A stretch of 64,000 nucleotides of DNA, from assembly GCA_052327205.1 (NCBI GenBank), contig CM126203.1, positions 341,620,001-341,684,000 of the forward strand, in the 5' to 3' direction. This document shows, in pieces, positions 48,001 to 59,877 of the stretch (positions within the stretch are counted from its first letter, which is position 1; every line of letters starts with the position of its first letter). This stretch comes from Somniosus microcephalus. Its lineage: Eukaryota. Both the position numbers and the translations under genes were made by a program. Under the pieces are notes generated by a model. That model ran no database searches. It was not told where the DNA came from and was given only the letters and a program-made list of their open reading frames with translations.

Positions 48001-49409
48001 GAGGGCAGGAAACTCAGCTAGGAGTGCCGAGTAGTCGTCCGTGGCTCTGGCGAGGCAGTAGGTCGTCAGGCCAGCCGAACGGGCCGGGGTAAAGGCGCCG
48101 GGGATGGGGGCCATAGTGTTGATGTCAACGAGGCAGTGCCTCGGAATGTCGACAAGGAGGCCGTGGGCACGTAGGAAGTCGGCGCCGATGAGTGGGCAGA
48201 GGACCTTGGCTGTGAGGAACTCCCAGCGGTAGCGGCGGCCCGCGAGGTCGAGCGTGACCATGCGGGTGCCATATGTGCGGATTTCAGAGCCGTTGGCTGC
48301 AGCCAGTGTGATACCCCGTGTGCCGTGTTGGATCTCGAGGGCGGAGGCGGGGGTGATGCTGTGCTGGGCCCCTGTGTCGCACAGAAATCGGCGGTTGGTT
48401 CTGTCGTCAGTGACGTACAGTATGGGCTCCTTCTGCCCCGCGGCCATCGCGGGGGCCGGTGCGGGGGGGGGGGGGGGTTTGAAGGAACACGGTGGCGTGC
48501 AGCGTTGAGCCCTAGCGCCAAAACGGGTGTGGTAGTAGCAGTGACCCGGAGTGGTAGGGCGGTCGGGCCTAGCGGCCCGGGAAGACCGCGTGGTCGTTGC
48601 CGTGAGGTCGGGCGCGACGTCGCGAGCGGCCTGTGCAGAGAGCAGCCGGTCGGCCTTTTCGGCTATATCATTCAGGTCCGTGGAGTCAGACTCCACAATG
48701 AGCGGGCGGATGCTGGCGGGGAGCTGCCGAATGAAAAGCGTGCGAAAAAGGGCGCCGGGATTTTTGTCGTCTGAGAGGGACAGCATGTGGGAAAGCAGGT
48801 CTGATGGTGAAGCGTCACCAAGGCCGGGGAGGTCCAGGAGTTGGCAGTGGCGCTGGTAAGAGGACGTTTGAAATTTTTTAAGTAGCGCAGCCTTCAGATG
48901 TTCGTACTTGCCCTCCGTTGGTGGATTCTGCAGCGCTGCCCAAACCTTGGGGACTGTAGCGTAGGTGAGCGAGGCGACGAGGTAGTCGTACTTCGTGGCG
49001 TCGACTGTAATGCCTTTCAGCCGGAATCGGGACTCAGCTTGAACGAACCAGGCTTCGGCGAGGTTCTCCCAAAAGTCTGGTAATTTAACCGTGACTGCGT
49101 TTGTATCCGCCATGCTAGCTTAGGATTCGTCCTGAGCGTCGGGGTCACCAGTGTTGAGATACCGCGGCAAACGTGGGAGTCGAGACCAGAGCTATTGAAA
49201 ACACAACTACTTTATTCCAACCACATGACAAACAGGAACTAGAAAAGCCCGCGCATCCACTTAAATACTTCCCAGACAGGAAGTGCTCCCGGCAGCCTGT
49301 CCCTGTGGGAAACAAGTTGCTGGAGGAAAGGGCCCCCGGCTGGGGGCTTCTGCTTAGACTGTCTGTGCCGCCGTGAGCGGATTATGTCCAGTGGTGGCGT
49401 GTCGCCACA
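45054..49409 (-). mobile_element. Ty3/Gypsy LTR retrotransposon E, CsRn1 clade
   Basis: 258-bp LTRs 45054-45311 and 49152-49409 with 3 substitutions. 4-bp TSD AGAC. PBS TGGTGACCCCGACG (tRNA-Trp) at 49137-49150. CHCC gag motif CYYH..C...C. PPT at ~45312-45323. Confidence 0.97.
45332..49113 (-). CDS. gag-pol: CsRn1 gag-pol, intact except for a 1-nt frameshift at the G6 run 46931-46936
   Basis: LCDTGA protease, WASPLH..RPCGDYR, YLDD, TTDASD, HVDIVGP..TSDRG..ANGLCERFHR. Adding one C restores RQLRPPEVKYSTFDRELL. Confidence 0.93.
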
Positions 49410-49539
49410 AGACATTACTTAACATCTAGCAATGTGTGTGTGTGTGACAGGAATTGTTTGTTCATTTTAGGGCTGCTTTGTGCTTTTGGTAGGGAATTTG
49501 TTTGAGCATCTGGGTGCCATATGGGTGCACTGGTGCAAC

Positions 49540-50741
49540 TTAACTAAATTGTGCATTTATGATTCCATCCCGAGCCGCGCAGCAATGTGTGCCACTGCTG
49601 GTGCCATCTGCACCTCAGGTTCCTTCCTCCTCCTCATGTTCAATCCGCTCCTCCTCCTCATCCTCCTCCGAGGCTCTGCGCTTTGTGCCTTGCTCCTCGT
49701 CTAGCTCCGATCCTCACTGCTGTGCTATGTTGTGCAGTCTGCAGCATACGACAATCATTCTGGAGACCCTGGCTGGTGCATAGTGAAGGGCTCCTCCAGA
49801 TCTGTTCAGGCATCTGAAGTGCATCTTCAGCATGCTGATTGCTTGCTCTATGACACATCTGGTGGACATGTGGCTTTCATTTTATCGCCCATTGGCCTCA
49901 TTGCTTGACCTCCTCAAGGGTATCATTAGCCATGTCTTCAGTGGATAGCCCTTGTCTCCAAGCAGCCAGCCAATAAGTCTGTTTGGAGGTGTAAAGAGCT
50001 GAGGGGGGGTGGACTGGCGCAGGACAAAAGAGTCATGACAGCTCCCTGGGAATCTGGCTCACGCATGCATGATGATCTTTTTATGGTTGCAGATGAGCTG
50101 TACATTGAGGGAGTGGACGCCCTTGCAGTTCACGAACACTCCTGGGTGATGTGGGGGTGCCTTGATGGGCACATATGTGCAGTTGATGACGCCCTGCATC
50201 TGTGGGAAGCCAGCCAGAGCCGCAAAGCCGAGTGCTCGTTCAGTCACACTGGCTTCATCAGTGGCAAAGTGCACATAAGTGCCTGACTTGTGAAACATGG
50301 CATCAGTCACCTGGGTGATGCTTTTGTGGGCGGCCGACTGCGAGATCCTGGAAATGTCTGCTGCAGATCCCATGGAAGGAGCCTGAGGCAAAGAAGTTGA
50401 GGATGGTGGTGACTTTGACAGCCACTGTTAAGGTGTGTCCACCAGGTCCACTTGGCTGTAGGTCTTCTGCCAGCAAGCTACAAATATCTGCCATGACCTG
50501 ACATGATGGTCTGAGCCTCCTGAGATACTGCTGTTCAGTCATGACCAGGAAGCTGCCTATATACCCTGTGTTGGGGGTGTTGCCTCCAGTGAGCTGCACC
50601 CCTGTGCTCATCCTCTCTCTTCTGTTGAGTAGGAGGTCGACGAGGAGAAGGCTCCTGCTGGTGTTGCTGATGTTGTTGCTGCTGGGGCTCATCTTGGTCC
50701 GAATCTGAGGTCCAAGGTGAAACAGCATAAGCGGCACCCAT
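49540..50741 (-). pseudogene. Harbinger (HARBI1-like) DDE transposase, frameshifted
   Basis: [60 protein letters not shown], and the end ..IINAQFS*. Confidence 0.9.
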
Positions 50742-51309
50742 ACTGATCTGATAGATGCCAGGTAAAGTGGAGATCAGAGGCACAATCCTCCAATGTAATG
50801 AGAGTGACTTCCAATGTAGGGAGGGTGGCTTCCGAGGTTGTAGAAATCATCTGCAAACTCCTGAAAGAAAATTCTTGGCACCAATGATGTCAGCAAGAGC
50901 CTTTCCCTTAGGCAAGGAAGCAGGTGTAAGGTGTGAGTATTTATGTGATTATTTCAATTGTCAATTGTTTAACTCACAAAATGGCCGCTCAGCTCTCGCC
51001 TTGCTTTGACAGGCGAGTTTCAGGAATCCCGTGAATCCCATGCACAACCAATAAAAGCTGAAACCTTAGGTTAAAAAGCATGTTAATAGGCTGTTAACGA
51101 CCTCTTAAATACTTGAATGAGGTCACCCACCTCTCCCGAGCGGGTCTCCAGTGCGCTGAGAAATGTGCTGGAGTAAAAGGCGCAATTCAGCAGGATGAAG
51201 GCGGGTTCCCGACGCACTGTCAATTTCAGTGCTTTTAACAGCCTACCGACTTGCAAATCCACATTCATTTCAAAGGGAAAATTTCGGCCATTGTGTTAAC
51301 TTGATACAG

Positions 51310-51690
51310 TGACCTCTGAATCAAGAATGTAGTGGGTTCAAGCCCCACAATTCACAAGTGTGGGAGTGCTGCTTTGTTAGAGATGCTGTCTTTTGGATGA
51401 GATGTTAAACAGATGTCTGTTTGTTGGGGTGGGTGTAAAAGATCCCACGGCACTACTTGAAGATAGTGGGCAAGTTCCCTGGTGTGCTGGCCAAGACTCA
51501 TCCTTCAATGAATGCAACCAAAAATAGGTTAAGTGGTGATTCATCTAATTTGCTGTTTTTGGGACTATGTTGTGTCCAAATTGGCTGCGACGGTTGCTTA
51601 AATCACAACGTAAGTGTTTCCTTTGTTGTGAAGTACTTTGGGGCATCCTGAGAATGTGAAAGGTGCTATATAAATGCAACTATTTCTATT
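51310..51690 (+). mobile_element. Degraded Deu-type SINE
   Basis: GGTTCAAGCC B box; Deu-like core GATGAGATGTTAAAC..AAAAGATCCCACGGCAC; tail GCTATATAAATGCAA. Confidence 0.65.
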
Positions 51691-52964
51691 GCGCACAGTA
51701 CTAGCCTGAGCACTGCTTCTTGAGGTACACTGCTGGCCACCTCCTGATACACCTCCATATGTTTCCTCTGGTTCAGCCAATTCCCGATCCACTTCAGTCG
51801 CTTATGTAACATCCGCTGAGATCCCTTATCCACATTATTTCTGTCAGGTATGACCTGCTTCCCATAAAGCCCTATTGACTCCCTCTTATCATTCCACATT
51901 TGTCTAGGTACTTCCCTATCCCTTTTTTTTTAAACCTTCTGATGCTGTGCCTACAAAAATAGTCACAAAAGTGCCCAGAAATTTAACTTAAAATTAGCCC
52001 CTCAAGAATTTGGCCTTTGGCATATTGTAAAATGGTAATATCTCCAGCTTGCCACAGGTTCATTTCAGCTGGCAGTCAACGCAAAGTTTAGCTAATCAGA
52101 CAATGAAGCGTAATATTAAAGGTAACCATTAATACTTTGAACATAGTGCACAAACTACTGTTAACATCAGATCAGCACACAGGAAGGGAATTAATAACCA
52201 TTTTAATGTCAGCAAGAAGTGAGTTCACTCATCCTATCTGACATGTTTACATGCTTTAAGGCAGAGGTCACTATTGTTAAAAACTTGAGTATTTTTTAAT
52301 CCGACTCGGCTTGGGTTGACCAGTGTGAATTGGTCTGCCGATGGTTGTGTGGAAATTTGACATTTCGTTTGGTGGTCCAGTTTGATTTGAACGTGGTTAA
52401 AACCATCAAATTCAGCACTGCACCAGAACAGTACAAATATCCTGCTAGATTGATACTGGAATAAAGCTGCAATTAACTCCAATTTAGTATGAAGTTTGCA
52501 GTGTAAACCCACCCTTTTCTCATGAGTATATTGGTATGAAAATATACCCATCCAGTCATCAGCTTAATGATACTATCAGTACAGTGCAAGTGGTGGTGGC
52601 GCCCTTCATTTTTGTGTTCAACTGCAGTCAACAAGGGACCCCATGGTGGTGGCACAAAGTTTTTAAAGTGATGCCTATTTTCATTATTTGTAAAAGCCTG
52701 AGCTTTACAGCAATGTAAACTAAAGATAAATATGTGGATTTATATTAACCCCGGATCGGTATGTTCATAAGTGGATAGAACCTACACAGTATTGCCAGTG
52801 AATCGGATGCATTCCCTCCACTAGGATACATAACCATTCGAACATTGCAAAAGGGTTGTATACAAACTGACTGAAAAGGGATCAGACAAATTCTTAGACA
52901 TGGAACCTAGATAAAAACAGACATGCAATGCCAACAGGAAAAATGGACATATAATTCAATGTAC

Positions 52965-53558
52965 TGTGGCGGTACCACTGGTTGTCCCTTACATTGAGAC
53001 ACATAATTCCCTTTAACTTACCTTACTGTATGTTTAACTTACCTTTTGGGGCCGTTGCCCTTTTAACTTATCTGTTGGGGCCATTGCCCCTTTAAGACGC
53101 GCCCTAGCGCGCTGACGTCACGTCACGTACAACGTGATGTGCGTGCGCCGGCACAGCCCGGCCTAGCGTCTTCGGCCTCAACGGCCAGCCGACGGGAACG
53201 ACGCTATCGTCCGCTCCCGCGGCAAGCACCGGCACAGCCCGGCCTCCCGACTTCGGCCTCAGCGGCCAGCGACGCAACGACGCGCATCACGTAACGCCCT
53301 AAGCGCGGGAAACACGAACAACGTGATGACGCCACAACACAAATGCAATGACGTCATCACGCTCCCCACAGGACTGCAAACTCAGTCCTCGTGGAGTCCC
53401 CGCTGGGATAAGACCTACACCACGGTGCTCCTACAGTCAGCCATCTTACCTGCTATCTTACCTGCTGTAATTAGCCTGTTCCTGTAAATAAACAACTTAT
53501 TTATAGTTCGTCGAAGTCAAACTCTCTTATTTAGTGGCAATCTACACGAACCGCTACA
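52965..53558 (+). mobile_element. CpG-rich solo LTR (594 bp)
   Basis: TGTGGCGGT..ACCGCTACA (8/9 inverted match); flanks GTAC / ATAC; AATAAA near 53487; internal direct repeats. Confidence 0.8.
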
Positions 53559-55063
53559 ATACCATCAGGTCCATTGTGTCCAATGTGTAACATCTGCATG
53601 GACGGGGGCAGATGCAAGAAGCACCTGCTGCTATTTCTGGCGTAATTTTGAACACGCCCAAAAAGTTGGAGGAGGACCGTCCTGCCTCAGATTCCTCCCA
53701 TACCTGCCCAGATAATGGGTGGCTTTGCAGCATCAAAACCTAGGAATTTTGCAGTTTCTCTGATTGCTGGAGGTTACTAAAGGGTTTACACTCTTACTGG
53801 CAATAGTACTTGATGCAAATTTCCCCACCGAGTTTACAATGACATTCGCACATAGGGATGATTTTTATGATTTAGCGCTCCCAGCTTTGGATGACGGTAG
53901 TGCATATTGGGAATAGGATGGAAAATCATCCCAGCTGTAAAACTGGTCTCAGCACCCAAGTTCCCTAATATGCACTCCCACCGCACAAAGGTCCACACTA
54001 ACGCAGAAAATGTAACACACAATGACCTGAGGAAATCGTTTCCGAATAATTTAGTGCACCACCCATGCCTCACATTCCTTTTTGAATCTGAAATCTTGGC
54101 AGGTACGTGAAATGGAGGAGTCAAAAAGGGAGCAGTAAAAAGATAAAATAAGCATAACAATGGGTGACTGTTTTGTTGCGAAGCTCAGCTCTCATTTCTG
54201 TTTCCAAGCCCTGCCCAGCTTGATTGTTATCAGCGGGTCCTCCTCCGAATGATACTCTAAAATCTCTGATCGATGGAACTTCGCTTACGCAAGTTGTTCC
54301 TTCACCTAAAAATAACCTTTTGATTGTTGCCTTCAAGTGTGTGCATTGCGTTGCTCATATCCACCCTACGTGTACACTGATGGAGCACATCCTTTTCATC
54401 TAAATTATGTTTTTGTTCTTGAGAAGGTTGACATCTTCCTGAAGTGCAGTTCCTGTTTTGAAATACCCTGAAATCAGTTTCTAAAACTGAAGCTAAAGAA
54501 AACAGCAAAGCAGAAATATATGTCTGCACAGCTAATTGTGTTCATATTAACACACACTGTACGTGTGGATAACAAGTCTCCTTGTATTTGCAAGAAAATT
54601 ATTTTTCATTATGAAAAAAAGGACATCATTCAAATGTCTGGAACATATATTTGAAGTAGAAACACAGTATTGGGTTAGCCAATAGAATTTTTTTCTGTAA
54701 GTTACAGATTAAGAGCCAGCGCTTAGAATTGACTGAAGATTTATCAAATGAATGTTTAAATCATTTGTGTGACATTCTTCTGTTCACCTTGGATACTGTG
54801 ACATGTTGGAAGATTTCTACAGCATCAAGATGCCAGGAAGAGCTTCTAAGAACATGGCTGACTTCCAGAGTGGCAGCTACCAATGCTTCAGTAGATGACT
54901 CGAAGGCCAGCATGAATATCACACTTAAACTGAGTTTCCAAAAACCTGATTGGGACTATTCAGTCTGTGATGACACTGACAAGTAGCAACTCTGAACCTG
55001 TGCCAAGCACCAATGGACTGCAAGGGTGGGTTCAGATGTCTCTGCCTTTCTGGAGAGTGGCAA

Positions 55064-57875
55064 TGAAACATAGAAGATAGGAGCAGGAGTAGGCCATTCG
55101 GCCCCTCGAGCCTGCACCGCCATTCAATGTGATCATGGCTGATCATCCAAATTCAGTACCCCGTCCCTGCTTTCTCCCCATACCCCTTGATCCCTTTAGC
55201 CTTAAGAAATATATCCAACTCCTTCTTGAATATATTTCATGAATTGGCCTCTACTGCCTTCTGTGGTAGAGAATTCCACAGGTTCACCACTCTCTGGGTG
55301 AAGAAATTCCCCCTCATTTCTGTCCTAAATGGCATACCCTTTATCCTTAGACTGTGACCCCTGGTTCTGGACTCCCCGACCATCAGGAACATCCTTCCTG
55401 CATCTAGCCTGTCCAGTCCTGTCAGAATTTTATAAGTTTCAATGAGATCCCCTCTCATTCTTCTAAACTCCAGCGAGTACAAACCCAATCGACCCCATCT
55501 CTCCTCATACGTCATTCCTGCCATCCCAGGTATCAGCCTGGTGAATCTTCGCTGAACACCTTCCATGGCAAGAACATCCTTCCTCAGATAAGGTGACCAA
55601 AACTGCACACAATACTCAAGATGTGGTCTCACCAAGGCCCTGTACAACTGCAGCAAGACATCCCTGTTCCTGTACTCAAAGCCTCTCGCTACGAAGGCCA
55701 ACATACCATTTGCCTTCTTAACCACCTGCTGCACCTGCATGCTTACCTTCAGCGACTGGTGCACAAGGACACCCAGGTCTCGTTGCACTTCCCCTTCGCC
55801 CAATCTATTGCCATTCAGATAATAATCTGCCTTCCTGTTTTTGCAACCAAAGTCGATAACCGCACATTTATCCATGTTATATTGCATCTGCCATGCTTCT
55901 GCCCAATCACCCAACCTGTCCAAATCATCCTGGAGTTTCTCGGCATCCTCCTCACAGCACACACGCCCACCCAGCTTTGTGTCGTCTGCAAATTTGGAGA
56001 TATTACATCTAGTTCCCTCGTCTAGATCATTAATATATATTGTGAATAGCTAGGGTCCAAGGACCGATCCCTGCGGTACCCCACTAGTCACTGCCTGCCA
56101 CTTGGAAAAGGACCCATTTATTCCAACTCTTTGCTTTCTGTCTGCCAACCAGTTTTCTATCCAATTCAATACCTTGCCCCCAATCCCATGTGCCTTAACT
56201 TTACACGCTAACCTCTTATGCGGGACCTTATTGAAAGCCTTCTGAACGTCCAAATATACCACATCCACTGGTTCTCCCTTATCTATTTTACCAGTTACAT
56301 CCTCAAAAAATTGCAGTAGCTTAGTCAAGCACGATTTACCCTTTGTAAATCCATGTTGACTTTGTCCGATCCTGTCACTGTTTTCCAAGTGCTCAGCTAT
56401 TACATCCTTTATAATGGACTCTAGCATTTTCCCCACTACCAATGTTAGGCTTACCGGTCTGTAATTCCCCGTTTTCTCCCTACCACCGTTTTTGAATAGT
56501 GGGGTAACATTAGCTACCTTCCAATCCATGGGTACTGTTCCAGATTCCATCGAATGTTGGAAGATGATCAGCAATGCATCTACTATTTCTAGGGCCACTT
56601 CCTTAAGTACCCTAGGATGTAGATTATTAGGCCCTGGGGATTTATGGGCCTTCAGTCCCATCAATTTCCTTAACACCATTTCCTTACAAATACGGATTTC
56701 TTTCAGTTCCTCCCCTTCATCAGACCCTATGTTCCCCGACATCTCTGGGAGGTTATTTGTGTCCTCCTTTGTGAAGACAGAACCAAAATATGTATTTAAT
56801 TGGACTGCCATTTCTTTGTTACCCATTATAAATTCCCCTGATTCTGACTACAAGGGACCTACATTTGACTTCACCAATCTTTTTCTCTTCACATATCTAT
56901 AAAAGCTTTTACAGTCAGTTTTTATGTTCCCTGAAAGCGTACTCTCATATTCTATTTTCCCCTTCTTAATTAATCCCTTTGTCCTCCTTTGTTGAATCCT
57001 AAACTGCTCCCAATCCTCAGGTTTACTGCTTTTTCTGGCCAATTTATATGTCCTCTCCTTGGATCTTATGCTATCCCTAATTTCCCTTATTATCCATGGT
57101 TGAGTCACCTTTTTTTGTTTTATTTTTATGCCAAACTGGAATGAACAATTTCTGTAGTTCATCCATGCAGTTTTTGAATGCTTGCCATTGCCTATCCACC
57201 GTCAACCCTTTGAGTGACATTCCCCAATCAATCCTACCCAACTCGTGCCACAGACCATCATAGTTTCCTTTATTTAAATTCAGGACCCTAGTCTGAGTCA
57301 ACTACTTCATTCTCCATCTTAATGAAGAATTCTATCATATTATGATCGCTCTGACCCAAGGGGCCTCGTACAACAAGATTGCTAATTAATTCTTTCTCAT
57401 TACATAATACCCAGTCTAAGATGGCCTGATCTCTGGTTGGTTCCTCGACATATTGGCCCAGGAAACCATCCCGTAAACACTCCAGGAATTCCTCCTCCAC
57501 AGTATTGTTACTAATTTGGTTAGCCCAATCTATATATAGATTAAAGTCACCCATGATGACTGCTGTGCCCTTATTGCACGCTTCTCTAATTTCCCTTTTA
57601 GTGCCATACCCAACCTCCGCCTTACTGTTTGGAGGTCTATATACCACTCCCACTAACGTTTTCTGCCCCTTGGTATTTCTCAGTTCTACCCATACAGATT
57701 CCACATCATCAGAGCTAATATCCTTCCTTACAATTGTGTTAATCCCTTCTTTAACCAGCAATGCTACCCCACCTCCCTTTCCTTTGTGCCTATCTTTCCT
57801 GAATATTGAATATCCCTGGATGTTGAGTTCCCAGCCTTGGCCACCCTGGAGCCATGTTTCCATAATCCCAAACAA
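55064..57875 (-). mobile_element. CR1 LINE with near-complete ORF2 (APE endonuclease + RT), several lesions
   Basis: ETW..GGGVAL..VYRPP..MGDFN..SDH; NYRPVSL, QHGF, PQGSVLGP, FADD; 3' tail. Confidence 0.95.
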
Positions 57876-58056
57876 ATCATGAACCTGCTTCCTTAATTGC
57901 TCCCCCGTTTCCTTCACGAGGGAGCTTTAGACAGAGGCTCGGCATCCCTTGCTACTGCAAGCACCAGGCTGCTTCCTCTGACACAGCAGCCATCCTGAGA
58001 CAAGGGTCACCTGAGGTCTATAAGGCTCCAGGGAACCATCTCAGCCTTCCACCATT

Positions 58057-58738
58057 CATAGAAACATAGAAGATAGGAGCAGGAGTAGGCCATTTGGCCC
58101 CTCGCACCTGCTCTGCCATTCAATGCGATCATGGCTGATCATCCAAATTCAGTACCCCGTCCCTGCTTTCTCCCCATACCCCTTGATCCCTTTAGCCTTA
58201 AGAAATATATCCAACTCCTTCTTGAATATATTTCATGAATTGGCCTCTACTGCCTTCTGTGGTAGAGAATTCCATAGGTTCACCACTCTCTGGGTGAAGA
58301 AATTCCTCCTCATTTCTGTCCGAAATGGCTTACCCCTTATCCTTAGACTGTGACCCCTGGTTCTGGATGCCCCCGCCATCGGGAACATCCTTCCTGCATC
58401 TAGTCTGTCCAGTCCTGTCAGAATTTTAAGTTTCAATGAGATCCCCTCTCATTCTTCTAAACTCCAGCGAGTATAAGCCAAATCGACCCAATCTCTCCTG
58501 ATACGTCATTCCTGCCATCCCAGGTATCAGCCTGGTGAATCTTCACTGAACTCCTTCCATGGCAAGAACATCCTTCCTCAGATAAGGCGACCAAAACTGC
58601 ACACAATACTCGGATGTGGTCTCACCAAGGCCCTGTACAACTGCAGCAAGACATCCTTGTTCCTGTACTCAAAGCCTCTCGCTACGAAGGCCAACATACC
58701 ATTTGCCTTCTTAACCGCCTGCTGCACCTGCATGCTTA
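58057..58738 (-). mobile_element. CR1 3' fragment, same subfamily as 55064-57875
   Basis: Near-identical to 55064-55748. Confidence 0.92.
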
Positions 58739-58740
58739 CC

Positions 58741-58870
58741 AGTCCTGACGAAAGGTTTCGACCTGAAACATTGACTCTATTTCTCTCTCCATGGATGTTG
58801 TCTGGCCTGCTGAGTTTTTCCAGCATTTTCTGTTGTTAATTCGGATTTCCAGCATCCGCAGTATTTTGCT
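58741..58870 (+). mobile_element. Penelope-like terminal repeat with minimal type I hammerhead motif (58741-58776)
   Basis: AGTC-CTGACGA-A-AGGT(TTCG)ACCT-GAAAC-ATT-GACT. Confidence 0.65.
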
Positions 58871-59877
58871 ATCCTTCATTGAAAGTTCTCCTTGCTCTGG
58901 ATGCTGGCTTTCCTTTATCAATTCCTCTCCTTCTTATGCACCTTCCCCATGCTGGGCAGATGCCTAAGTAAGTCCTTCTTGGTCTGTAGACCCTGGCAGG
59001 TGTGTCTATGTGTAAGGAAGAGTTACCTTTGGTGATATCTGACTCTAAGAACCTCCAACCTATCCTCCTCCTCCTCTTCACAACATGAAAGTACAGGTAT
59101 TCCCCTTGAGAAATCCAAGTCGAGAGTGTAAATTAGTACATTGAGCACAGCTGATTGAAAGTAACAGCAAGTATCCTGGCTTAACTCTTAACGATTGTTA
59201 TGCAAATAGAGAAACACCAGCCTTCAAGCAGCTCTTACCAACCACCATTGATTTATTGCTGGTAATTATTTGAGGCGGTTTGAAGCAGAAATGGAGGGGA
59301 ATGAGATGGAGGGGTTAATTACGTCCCCTTCGCCCCATTTAAATGAGGGTATGCAGGCTTTTGCAAGCCTTAAAGGGAACTGGTAGTTTTTTGGAGAGAG
59401 ATGAAGGTGCAGTCTTTTTGTGGCAGATATGAGGCGGTAGTCTTTAAAAGGCACATTTTACTCTGTCTACTGCCCCAAATTCACATCAGATTGGGCGGTA
59501 ATTCAGAGGAGAATCCAGGCCTTCATGTCAATGCCACCAATGAGCAAGTGGCATCAGCCTTTAAGACTATAAGAAAGCATGAAATGAGAAGACTTCTATT
59601 GTCCATTAAGCCCATTGTTTTCACAGATCATGTACAGTTTAGTCTATCATGCACTGTACCTAACCCATTTAATCTTTGAGGAAAAGTTCTGAAAAGTTCC
59701 TCACACTCTTCCTCAAAAGTAGATCAGGCAAATCGCCAGAATATCCATCATACCCGGCGCTTGCAGTAGCATAATGTATATTAATGTCGTTGATTAGCTG
59801 ATTTCATTGACATAATATTTTCTGGCTAGGCTGATAAATGCTTGGTATCAGTTGTGATCTAACACTATGTGATCAGC

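Larger units (their letters stand above)
42779..51289. mobile_element. Two-gene PIF/Harbinger DNA transposon (decayed), interrupted by a CsRn1 element
   Basis: Ends GGGCTGAATTTT / AAAATTTCGGCC; TSD ATT; convergent Myb/SANT (+) and transposase (-) genes. Confidence 0.88.

Noticed and set aside
45390-48859. Many overlapping or antisense ORFs within the CsRn1 element (and the other pol genes)
   Set aside because: Expected shadow ORFs in GC-rich coding DNA, with no recognisable motifs.
55064-58738. Near-identical CR1 3' ends as LTRs or a tandem duplication
   Set aside because: They differ by scattered substitutions and a third similar copy lies at 26352-27270; best read as independent insertions of one subfamily.
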